A DNA stretch of 64,000 nucleotides from Acidobacteriota bacterium (GTDB taxonomy: Bacteria; Acidobacteriota; UBA6911; RPQK01; JAJDTT01). The stretch lies in assembly GCA_965263035.1 (NCBI GenBank), contig OZ253580.1, forward strand, positions 256,001 to 320,000. Reading direction: 5' to 3'. The first letter of the stretch is position 1. Each line of letters begins with the position of its first letter. This document shows positions 9,273 through 18,092 of the stretch, in pieces. The notes beneath the pieces are model-generated. The model searched no databases, had not been told where the DNA came from, and worked only from the letters and a program-made list of their open reading frames with translations. The position numbers and the translations under genes were made by a program.

Positions 9273-9599
9273 CTAGAGCTGGTTCTCGATCAGCCGAGCG
9301 ATGTTCTCTCTAGACGTGGCGCCGACGACCTGGTCCTTGAGTTCTCCATTCTTGAAGAGCAGCAGGGTCGGAATACCCCTGATCCCATATCTGGCCGAGG
9401 TCTCACGGTTGTCGTCGACGTTGAGCTTGACCACTTTGGCGCGACCGGAAAAGTCCTGGGCAATCTGATCGATGGTGGGGGAGAGCATCCGGCAGGGAGC
9501 GCACCAAGCGGCCCAAAAATCCACCAGTACGGGATCGCTCGACTGTAAAACGTCGGTCTCGAAACTCTGATCTGTTACGTCCTGAACCTTGTCGCTCAT
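9273..9599 (-). CDS. trxA: Thioredoxin
   Basis: DFWAAWCAPC active site, GIPTLLLFK; RBS AGGAGG. Confidence 0.97.
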   Translation of the reverse strand: MSDKVQDVTDQSFETDVLQSSDPVLVDFWAAWCAPCRMLSPTIDQIAQDFSGRAKVVKLNVDDNRETSARYGIRGIPTLLLFKNGELKDQVVGATSRENIARLIENQL

Positions 9600-9793
9600 C
9601 CTGACCTCCTGAATTCTCGCTCCAACTGGCGCCCAACGCCGCCGCAGGCTCCGCTTGACCTTCAGAAACCCTTTTCAGCTGCCTCTTGTTGCGGTGGCGC
9701 AGAGACCCGAGCGCCCACCTCTGCACATGTTAACATAGGAGCCTGCGGTGGAAGTCGCCGCGGACTGCCTGCGGTCCTGCCGATCAGCCATAT

Positions 9794-9954
9794 CAGCCCG
9801 TGGCAAAAGTCGTCACGGCATTCGACCGTCCCTGCATCGTGCGCGGACTGCGTTGCGATTCGGCTCACATACTCCCGGTCTGCTCCCTCCGTTGCGCCTG
9901 GTGCGGCGGGCGCAGGAACGGTCTCGGTGCTCGCGGGACTTTCACCACGGACTG
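9794..9954 (-). mobile_element. MITE family A, copy 2 (161 bp)
   Basis: Reverse complement of copy 1; flanks CATAT/ATATG. Confidence 0.85.
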
Positions 9955-9956
9955 AT

Positions 9957-10757
9957 ATGACTCCAAACTTCCCCCGGGCCAAGCGTTCCCTGGGGCAACA
10001 TTTCCTCCACGACGCCGGCTACTGCCGCCGGATGGTCCGGCTGGCGGCGCCGACCGACAGGGACACCGTCATCGAAATCGGCCCCGGCACCGGACAGCTC
10101 ACGCGCCTGATCCTGGCGCGAGCCCGCAACGTGGTCGCCATCGAGTTCGACCGGGACTTGGTCGACCACCTCAAGCGGAGTCTCGGCCCCGAGTCCCTGG
10201 CCCGGCTGACCCTGATCCAATCCGACGTGCTGGATCTCGACTGGGACTCCACCTTTCCCGAAGCTCCCGTCAAACTGGTGGGTAACCTTCCCTACAACAT
10301 CGCCACCGCCGTACTCACCAAGATGATTCCTTTCGGCCATCGGTTTCACAGCTTCACCTTCATGGTCCAGAAAGAGGTGGCCCAGCGCATTCTGGCCCGG
10401 CCCGGCTCCAAGTCCTACGGCTACTTCACTCTGTTGCTCCAATACCACTTTTCCGGAGTGCCCGGTTTCGATGTGCCGGCCGGCGCCTTTGCCCCTCCAC
10501 CCGAGGTCCGCTCCCACGCCATGCAGCTGATCCCGCGCCCGCGGCCGCCCCGCCTCCCCTGCTACGACCGATTCCTGGGGCTGATCCGGACCGGATTCCG
10601 CCAGCGCAGGAAGACACTCAGGAACAATCTCCAGAGTGCTTTCGGACCCTGGAAGGGGCGCCTGGAAAGGGCCTTCGAAAGCGCTGGGATCGAACCCCGT
10701 CAGAGGGCGGAGGAGGTGTCTTTGGAACAGTTTGTGTGTCTGGCACGCATGCTATAG
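9957..10757 (+). CDS. rsmA: 16S rRNA m6,2A dimethyltransferase
   Basis: KRSLGQHFL, EIGPGTG, GNLPYNI, MVQKEVA. Confidence 0.96.
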   Translation: MTPNFPRAKRSLGQHFLHDAGYCRRMVRLAAPTDRDTVIEIGPGTGQLTRLILARARNVVAIEFDRDLVDHLKRSLGPESLARLTLIQSDVLDLDWDSTFPEAPVKLVGNLPYNIATAVLTKMIPFGHRFHSFTFMVQKEVAQRILARPGSKSYGYFTLLLQYHFSGVPGFDVPAGAFAPPPEVRSHAMQLIPRPRPPRLPCYDRFLGLIRTGFRQRRKTLRNNLQSAFGPWKGRLERAFESAGIEPRQRAEEVSLEQFVCLARML

Positions 10758-10768
10758 TTGGCCGCCAT

Positions 10769-12436
10769 ATGAGCAGTCAACTGGAAGTCATCCCTCTGGG
10801 AGGCCTGGGCGAATTCGGGATGAACTGTGCCGCCCTCCGGGCCGGAGACGATCTGATTCTGGTCGATGCCGGGATGATGCTGCCGGACCGTGGCGCAGTG
10901 ACCAGCCTCGGCGTCGACCTGATGGTTCCCGACATCAGTTTCCTGCTGGAGAACCGGCGCCAGCTGCGAGCCATCGTGTTGACCCACGGCCACGAAGACC
11001 ACACCGGGGGAGTCTCCTACATCATCGACCAGCTCCAGGTCCCGGTCTACGGCAACCGTTTGACGTTGGGTCTGGTTTCATCCCGTCTCCGGGAACGAGG
11101 ATTGGACAAGGAGGCGGATCTTCGGCTGCTGGAACCCGATCGGCCGGTGGACCTGGGGGCCTTCCAGGTGGAACCCCTCCGGATGACCCATTCTTTTCCC
11201 GAAAGCTATTGTTTCGCGATCCGGACCCCCGTGGGCCGGATTATCTGGACGGGAGATTTCAAGTTCGACCAGACTCCCATCGATGGCCGCAGGAGCAACT
11301 TGGCGAGACTCGCCGAACTGGGCCAAGAAGGCGTTCTGGCGCTCTTTTCCGACAGCACCAACGGAGACGTCCCGGGTCTTTCCCCTTCCGAGTCGTCCGT
11401 CTACGAACCGCTGCAAAAGCTGTTTCGACAAGCTGAGGGAAAGATCGTCCTGGCCACCTTCGCCAGCAGCATGCACCGGATTCAGATCGTCCTGGACCTG
11501 GCCCGCGACGCGGGGCGGAAGGTGGTGCCCATGGGGAGAAGCATGGTCTCCAATATCCGTCTGGCGTCCCAGCTGGGATACCTGAGGACCGATCCCGAAG
11601 TCCTGAGATCGCGGGACAATCTGGCCAGGATTCCGTCGGACCGCCTGATCGTGTTGGCCAGCGGCAGTCAAGGGGAGCCCATGTCGGCCATGAGCCGACT
11701 GGCCGTGGACGGGGTCTCGAAGGTTCGAATCGAGTCTGGCGATCTTGTCCTCCTCTCGTCCCGCATCATCCCCGGCAACCAGAAGGCCATCGGCCAGATG
11801 ATCAACCACTTCTACCGCCGAGGGGCTCGGGTGCTGGACTCTCGCCATCAGCCGATCCACGCTTCGGGCCACGGTTACCGGGAAGACCTCAAGCTCATGA
11901 TCGACCTGACCCGGCCCCGGTACTTCATTCCCATCCATGGCGAATTTCGTCAGTTGGCGGCCCATGCCCGCTTGGCCCGGCGCCAGGGGATCCCGCCAGA
12001 CCAGGTCCACCTCCTGGAAACCGGCGAAGTCCTGGGCCTGAGTCCCGACAAGGCCGAAATCATGGGCCAGGTCCCGTCAGGACGCCGCTACATCGATGGG
12101 GGCATCCGGCGGCAGGTGGATCAGGAACTGCTCAGAGACCGCCGTTTCCTGGCCACGGACGGAGTCCTGGTGGTGGGACTCCGGATCGACCGCAAGAGCT
12201 GGGAACTCATCGGGGAGCCGGAGCTGATTTCCCGTGGATTCGTGCGGCCGGAGGATTCCCAGGAATTGATGCGGGAGATTCGGGCCCGAATCCACCGTCT
12301 CGTGTCCGAAACCGGTGCCAACGGGAAACGGGACGAAGGCCTGCTGGAGGAGATGCTGCAGACTGGATTGAAGCGTTTCTTGCGCAAGCGCACGAGAAAG
12401 AGGCCCCTGATCGTCCCGGTGATGCTGACCCTGTAG
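10769..12436 (+). CDS. rnj: Ribonuclease J
   Basis: PLGGLGEFGMN, THGHEDH, HASGH, PIHGE. Confidence 0.95.
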   Translation: MSSQLEVIPLGGLGEFGMNCAALRAGDDLILVDAGMMLPDRGAVTSLGVDLMVPDISFLLENRRQLRAIVLTHGHEDHTGGVSYIIDQLQVPVYGNRLTLGLVSSRLRERGLDKEADLRLLEPDRPVDLGAFQVEPLRMTHSFPESYCFAIRTPVGRIIWTGDFKFDQTPIDGRRSNLARLAELGQEGVLALFSDSTNGDVPGLSPSESSVYEPLQKLFRQAEGKIVLATFASSMHRIQIVLDLARDAGRKVVPMGRSMVSNIRLASQLGYLRTDPEVLRSRDNLARIPSDRLIVLASGSQGEPMSAMSRLAVDGVSKVRIESGDLVLLSSRIIPGNQKAIGQMINHFYRRGARVLDSRHQPIHASGHGYREDLKLMIDLTRPRYFIPIHGEFRQLAAHARLARRQGIPPDQVHLLETGEVLGLSPDKAEIMGQVPSGRRYIDGGIRRQVDQELLRDRRFLATDGVLVVGLRIDRKSWELIGEPELISRGFVRPEDSQELMREIRARIHRLVSETGANGKRDEGLLEEMLQTGLKRFLRKRTRKRPLIVPVMLTL

Positions 12437-12467
12437 TCCGGGCGGCTTGAATTCGGAAGGAGCCGAC

Positions 12468-14804
12468 ATGAGCATCCAGGCCTACCAACGCGTTTCGGAG
12501 TTGTTGGGACTCTCGCTCCTTTTCGGGTCCGTCCTGCTGATCCTCTCCCTCGTGAGCTACGATCCCACCGACGCTTCATTCAGCGTCGCCTCGTCCCGCC
12601 AGATCTACTCCAATCTGGCGGGCAAGATCGGTGCCTTGAGTTCGGACATCCTCTACCAGCTGCTGGGTTGGTCGGCCCTCTGCGTGCCCGTTCCGTTCCT
12701 GCTTCTGGGATACCGGTGGCTTCGGAGACGGCGCCTCGAAGACCCCTTCCTGAAGCTGTTTTGCACTGTCTCCGGCTTGATCTCCTTGAGTGCGGCCATC
12801 TCCATCGTTCCTCCCCCCATCGGTCCGGATGTGAACTTTGCGCCCGGCGGCATCCTGGGAGTGATGCTGGGGCAATACCTGGCCGCCCTGCTGAACGGTC
12901 CAGGAGCGCTGCTGCTCCTGGCGACCGTTCTGATTCTGTCTCTGGTGGCCGGCACCACCTTTTCGGTGGACCGGTTCCTGGGCTGGATCGGAAGCCGCAA
13001 CTGGAATGTCCTTCGGATCGCCCGGGAGAAATATTCGGAGTGGTCTCAAGAGCGGCGCCAGACAAAGGAAGTGGAGACCTGGAACAAGAAGAAGGAATCC
13101 CGGGTGGCACAACCCATGCCCCGGAAGATGACGTGGGACGGGGTCAAATCCGAAGATGAGCCTCCTCCCGAGACCATCCCGGAAACCATTCCATGGACGG
13201 TTTCACAGACCGTCTCAACGACCGTCCCGCAGGCCATTCCGGCCACCGTTCCCGAGGCCGAACCGGAGCACGGATCCGACCCCGACCCGGTTGCGGTGCC
13301 GGTGGCTGCGGCTCCCGCGGAATCGACTCAGATCGATCGGCGGCCGCAGACTGCGGCTTCCGCCTACACGCTCCCCCCTCTGGACTACCTGGAAGAGAAC
13401 CTGATCAAGCCGAAGATCGACAAGGCCGACCTTATTCAAAGAGCCCATCTCCTGGCGACCAAGTGTGCCGAGTTCGGGGTCTTGGGACAGGTGTTGCAGA
13501 TCCATCCGGGACCCGTGGTCACGACCTTCGAGTTCAAGCCGGATCCGGGCATAAAGTACAGCCGCGTCACCAACCTGTCGGACGATCTCTGCCTGGCTCT
13601 GAAGGCCGAGTCGGTCCGTATCGAACGGATCTCCGGAAAGAACACCGTCGGCATCGAAGTCCCCAACTCGGATCGTCAGATCATCTATTTGAGAGAGATC
13701 CTCTCGTCCGGCAGCTTCCATAAGATGGAGTCCCCTCTGGCCCTGGGACTCGGGAAAACCATCCATGGCGCCAATTACGTGGCGGACCTGTCGCGAATGC
13801 CGCATCTGCTCATCGCCGGAGCCACCGGATCGGGAAAGAGCGTGGCCCTGAACTGCGTCGTCTGCTCCATCCTCTACAAGGCCGGTCCGGATGAAGTCCG
13901 ATTCATCATGATCGATCCGAAACGGCTCGAGCTGGGACTGTACGCCGATATCCCGCACCTGATGGCACCCATTGTCACGGACCCCAAACAGGCGGCCAAC
14001 GCATTGAACTGGGCGGTGGGAGAGATGGAGCAACGGTACCGGACGCTGGCCCGGGCCGGTGTCCGCAACATCGCTCAATACAACAGGCGGGTGACCGAGG
14101 ATACGGACGAGTCGGAAGAGGGTCCCCTTCCCTACATCGTGGTCATCGTCGACGAGCTGGCCGATCTCATGCTCACCACGGGCAAGGAGGTGGAAACCGC
14201 CGTCACTCGACTTGCCCAGATGGCCAGGGCCATCGGGATCCACCTGATTCTCGCCACTCAGCGCCCCTCCGTGGACGTCATCACCGGCTTGATCAAAGCC
14301 AACTTCCCCAGCCGGATCTCCTTCCGAGTCTCCTCCAAGATCGACTCCAGGACCATCCTGGACAGCAACGGCGCGGAACAGTTGCTGGGTATGGGAGACA
14401 TGCTGGTGCTGGGCTCCGGAACCTCGCGACTGGTTCGGGCACACGGGGCCTGGGTGAGCGTGAAGGAGATCAACGGCCTGACCTCCTTCATCAAGGACCA
14501 GGGCAATCCCGAATACCGCGAGGAGATCCTTGCCGGCAACGAGGAGGAGAATGAACCTGGAGCCGTCGGCGGCGTCTCCCCTGCAGAAGACAGCCTGTTC
14601 GATGAGGCCGCCCGGTTGGTGGTGGCGACCGGCAAGGCTTCCACTTCCCTACTGCAGCGAAGGCTCAGAATCGGATACGGACGTGCCGCCAGGCTCTTGG
14701 ACATCATGGAGCACGAGGGCATCATCGGTCCCCCCGACGGAAGCAAAGCCCGGGACATCCTGGTGGCATCCAACTACTTCGAAGAAGTGGACAATCGGGA
14801 TTGA
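12468..14804 (+). CDS. ftsK: DNA translocase FtsK
   Basis: N-terminal TM domain, PHLLIAGATGSGKS, DELADLM, C-terminal gamma domain LQRRLRIGYGRAARL. Confidence 0.97.
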   Translation: MSIQAYQRVSELLGLSLLFGSVLLILSLVSYDPTDASFSVASSRQIYSNLAGKIGALSSDILYQLLGWSALCVPVPFLLLGYRWLRRRRLEDPFLKLFCTVSGLISLSAAISIVPPPIGPDVNFAPGGILGVMLGQYLAALLNGPGALLLLATVLILSLVAGTTFSVDRFLGWIGSRNWNVLRIAREKYSEWSQERRQTKEVETWNKKKESRVAQPMPRKMTWDGVKSEDEPPPETIPETIPWTVSQTVSTTVPQAIPATVPEAEPEHGSDPDPVAVPVAAAPAESTQIDRRPQTAASAYTLPPLDYLEENLIKPKIDKADLIQRAHLLATKCAEFGVLGQVLQIHPGPVVTTFEFKPDPGIKYSRVTNLSDDLCLALKAESVRIERISGKNTVGIEVPNSDRQIIYLREILSSGSFHKMESPLALGLGKTIHGANYVADLSRMPHLLIAGATGSGKSVALNCVVCSILYKAGPDEVRFIMIDPKRLELGLYADIPHLMAPIVTDPKQAANALNWAVGEMEQRYRTLARAGVRNIAQYNRRVTEDTDESEEGPLPYIVVIVDELADLMLTTGKEVETAVTRLAQMARAIGIHLILATQRPSVDVITGLIKANFPSRISFRVSSKIDSRTILDSNGAEQLLGMGDMLVLGSGTSRLVRAHGAWVSVKEINGLTSFIKDQGNPEYREEILAGNEEENEPGAVGGVSPAEDSLFDEAARLVVATGKASTSLLQRRLRIGYGRAARLLDIMEHEGIIGPPDGSKARDILVASNYFEEVDNRD

Positions 14805-15013
14805 GAACGATGACGAACCGGGGATCGAGATGCTCTCCCGTAGGTCCGGGGACACGGCGTTGTTCGGGCAGATCGTGAATCACGCACCCCTGACCCAATA
14901 CACTCCCTTTTCGGTTTCGTTCCGCGGCCAAACCTCCCCCCTGCTCCTCTCCCTCCTCCCTTCCCGCCGTCCCTTTTACTTTTCAAACGTATGCCCTAGA
15001 ATGGTTTCAGTAC

Positions 15014-15907
15014 ATGGGTAGTTTTCTCCCAGCCGCACTCATACTGTTGCTGGGGAGCACCTGGGCTTACGCCAACGAGCGGGACCTGCCTCCCCGGTTC
15101 CGGGTCGATGTTGACATGGTGGCCCTTCGGGTCACCGTGACCGATCCCCTGAACCGATACGTGATCGGCCTTGAACCCGAGCACTTCCGAGTCTTCGAAG
15201 GCAAGGTCGAGCAGTCCATCATTCACTTCTCCGTCGACAAGGCGCCCATCAGTGTCGGCGTCATTCTGGACCGAAGCGGGTCCATGGGCGACAACATGAT
15301 GAGTGCGCGCAATTCCGTAGTCCGCTTCCTGAAACAGGGCAACCGTAAGGACGAGTATTTTCTGGTCACCTTCAACGACCGGACCTCGTTGGTCCAGGAC
15401 TTCACGGCGCAGAGCGAGAACGTCCAGAATCAGGTCACCATCTCGAATCCCAAGGGAAGGACCGCTCTCTACGACGCCATCTACCTGGGCTTGGAGAAGA
15501 TTCGCGAAGCGCGGCACGACAAGAAGGCTCTGATCGTGATCACGGACGGGGAGGACAACAGCAGTCGATACACCTTCAGCGAGCTGAAACAGTTCGTCAA
15601 GGAGTCGGACGTCCAACTCTACGTCATCGGCGAACGGGGCCGACTGCCCTATGGCCGAGGCATCATCTCCGAGATCATCAGCCTGACCGGCGGGCGGGCA
15701 TTCTTTCCCAATAACTTCAAGCAGCTGGACTACTTCGTGGACCTGATCCACACCGAGCTGCGTAATCAGTACCTGTTGGGCTACGTCCCCACCGACCGAA
15801 CCTTCAACGGCAAATGGCGGAAGATCAAGGTCAAGCTGGATCCCCCCGAAGGACTGCCCAGGTTGATCGTCCGCGCCAAGAAGGGTTACTTCGCTCCCAA
15901 CAAGTAG
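15014..15907 (+). CDS. VWA domain protein (Acidobacteria VWFA type)
   Basis: Signal peptide, DRSGS MIDAS, TALYDA, ITDGED, ELRNQYLLGY, GY end. Confidence 0.9.
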   Translation: MGSFLPAALILLLGSTWAYANERDLPPRFRVDVDMVALRVTVTDPLNRYVIGLEPEHFRVFEGKVEQSIIHFSVDKAPISVGVILDRSGSMGDNMMSARNSVVRFLKQGNRKDEYFLVTFNDRTSLVQDFTAQSENVQNQVTISNPKGRTALYDAIYLGLEKIREARHDKKALIVITDGEDNSSRYTFSELKQFVKESDVQLYVIGERGRLPYGRGIISEIISLTGGRAFFPNNFKQLDYFVDLIHTELRNQYLLGYVPTDRTFNGKWRKIKVKLDPPEGLPRLIVRAKKGYFAPNK

Positions 15908-15933
15908 CCGTTTGCGGGGCCCGGGTCACCGCC

Positions 15934-16911
15934 ATGTTCCTTCCCACTTCGAGCAGGGTCGCTCTGGCCGGTCTCCTCTTTCTGAATCTGGCTCTGGCGG
16001 CACAGTCATCGGGCGGCGCGGACGCCAGACGGGACCGCCCCTTCTTCCGCGCCGAAGTCGACCAGGTGGTCCTGTACGCCGCTGTATTTGACGACACCGG
16101 CGAACTGGTTTCGGGACTGACCTCGGAGGACTTCATCATTCTGGAGGATGGGGCCGAGGTCGAAATCACCTACTTCGGGCAGGACGACGTTCCCTCCACC
16201 AGTGGAATCGTGATGGACAAGAGCGGCAGCATGAGGGCCAAGCAGGACCTGGCCCACCGGGCGACAAAACTGTTCCTTACCCTGAGCCATCCGGAAAATG
16301 AGCATTTCCTGGTCATGTTCGACGACGAAGTGAATTTGGAAGAGGACTTCACCCGCGACCCGGAAGATATCCTGGACATGCTGGACAATACCGTCGTGGG
16401 CGGGGGAACCGCCCTCTACGACGCCATCTATCTCGCTCTGGAGAAGGCTCGGACCGGGTCCGAAGCCAAGAAGGTGGTCACCGTATTCACCGACGGTGAG
16501 GACAAGGACAGCTACTATCGGCATGAAGAGCTTCTGGAAAAGATCGTCCGGTCCAACGACGTCCAACTCTACGTGGTGGCCCTGCTGGACCAGGCGTTGA
16601 GTCGGGACAGAGGCTTCTTCGGCGTGTTCAAGTCCCAGTACGACAAGGTGAGGGCCACGGTGGATGCCATATCGGGGCAGAGCGGCGCCAAGGTCTATTT
16701 TCCCGAGGAGCTTCACGAGCTCAACGACGTCTTTCGACGAATTGCCGGCGAGCTCAGAAACCAATACCGGATCGCCTACATCACCCCCAATTCGTTGGCG
16801 AACGGCGGTTGGCGCACCATCGAGGTCCGACTCGGAAACCCAGGTGAAAAACAGTTGACGATTCAGGCCAAGAAGGGGTATTTCGGCGGCCCGGAGACGA
16901 GCGGGGAATGA
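15934..16911 (+). CDS. VWA domain protein (Acidobacteria VWFA type)
   Basis: DKSGS, GGTALYDA, FTDGED, ELRNQYRIAY. Confidence 0.9.
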   Translation: MFLPTSSRVALAGLLFLNLALAAQSSGGADARRDRPFFRAEVDQVVLYAAVFDDTGELVSGLTSEDFIILEDGAEVEITYFGQDDVPSTSGIVMDKSGSMRAKQDLAHRATKLFLTLSHPENEHFLVMFDDEVNLEEDFTRDPEDILDMLDNTVVGGGTALYDAIYLALEKARTGSEAKKVVTVFTDGEDKDSYYRHEELLEKIVRSNDVQLYVVALLDQALSRDRGFFGVFKSQYDKVRATVDAISGQSGAKVYFPEELHELNDVFRRIAGELRNQYRIAYITPNSLANGGWRTIEVRLGNPGEKQLTIQAKKGYFGGPETSGE

Positions 16912-17030
16912 CCGGTACAGGGTGGGCGCCGAAGTCAATGTCACCTGTGATTCGCTATTATCGGAGAACGCCGAAAACAGGACTCAGGGGAGTTTGACTT
17001 GACCCGGAGCGGTCCCTATTCTGGATCGTC

Positions 17031-17975
17031 ATGACCGAGCCCAAGAGCAGTTACGTCTGGTACAACGGAAAGCTGGTTCCGTGGGAGAAAGCGACTGTTC
17101 ACGTCATGTCTCACGCCCTTCACTACGGCACCTCCTGGTTCGAGGGGATCCGCTGCTATGAGACTCGCCGGGGACCCGAGATCTTCCAATTCAGGGAGCA
17201 CGTTCGGCGCCTCTTCAACTCATGCAAGATCTACCGGACCGACGTCCCCTTTACCCCGGCCGAGATCGAGAAGGCGATCCTGGAGACGATCCGGGCCAAC
17301 TCTCTGCGGCGATGCTACATCCGGCCCCTGATCTTCCGTGGCTACGGGGAATTGGGCGTCAACCCCCTCAAGAACCCCATCGACGTGGTCATCCTGGTCT
17401 GGGAATGGGGGCGCTATCTGGGAGAGGACGGCTTGGAACAGGGGGTCGACGTCTGCGTCTCCAGTTGGGCCAGGGCCGCTCCCAACACCTTTCCGACGCT
17501 GGCCAAAGTGGGTGGCAATTACATCAACAGCGCTCTGATCAACATGGAGGCCACCCTCAAGGGTTACGCCGAGGGCATCGCCCTCGACACGAACGGTCTG
17601 GTGAGCGAGGGAGCGGGAGAGAACATCTTCGTGATTCAGGACGGGAAGATATCGACGCCCCCGGTAGTCAGCGCCATCCTTCCGGGAATCACCCGGGGCA
17701 CCCTCATCACGCTGGCCCGGGAACGAGGTTACCCCGTCATCGAAGAGCAGATATCTCGCGAGCGCCTCTATATTGCCGACGAGGTCTTCCTGACCGGCAC
17801 GGCGGCCGAGGTCACTCCCGTCCGCTCCGTGGACGGCATCGCCGTGGGCCCGGGGAGACGGGGACCCATCACCAAGCGGATTCAGGAAGACTTCTTCGAC
17901 TACGTCCAAGGTAAGGTGGAGGATCGGCACGGCTGGATGACCAGCGTCTACCGGCAGGCTCACGCCGAAGCTTAG
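17031..17975 (+). CDS. ilvE: Branched-chain amino acid aminotransferase
   Basis: HALHYGTSWFEGIR, AKVGGNY, EGAGENIF, ILPGITR, GTAAEV. Confidence 0.96.
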   Translation: MTEPKSSYVWYNGKLVPWEKATVHVMSHALHYGTSWFEGIRCYETRRGPEIFQFREHVRRLFNSCKIYRTDVPFTPAEIEKAILETIRANSLRRCYIRPLIFRGYGELGVNPLKNPIDVVILVWEWGRYLGEDGLEQGVDVCVSSWARAAPNTFPTLAKVGGNYINSALINMEATLKGYAEGIALDTNGLVSEGAGENIFVIQDGKISTPPVVSAILPGITRGTLITLARERGYPVIEEQISRERLYIADEVFLTGTAAEVTPVRSVDGIAVGPGRRGPITKRIQEDFFDYVQGKVEDRHGWMTSVYRQAHAEA

Positions 17976-18092
17976 CCGGCGTTGCTCACCGGGGGCGCGG
18001 GGCTCCCACCCCGCACTCGGCGGGGGCAGAGTCATTCCCGAAACGCCTCTTCCGCTCCTCCGAACTGCCGCCGTCAACCTGAGATCAGAACC

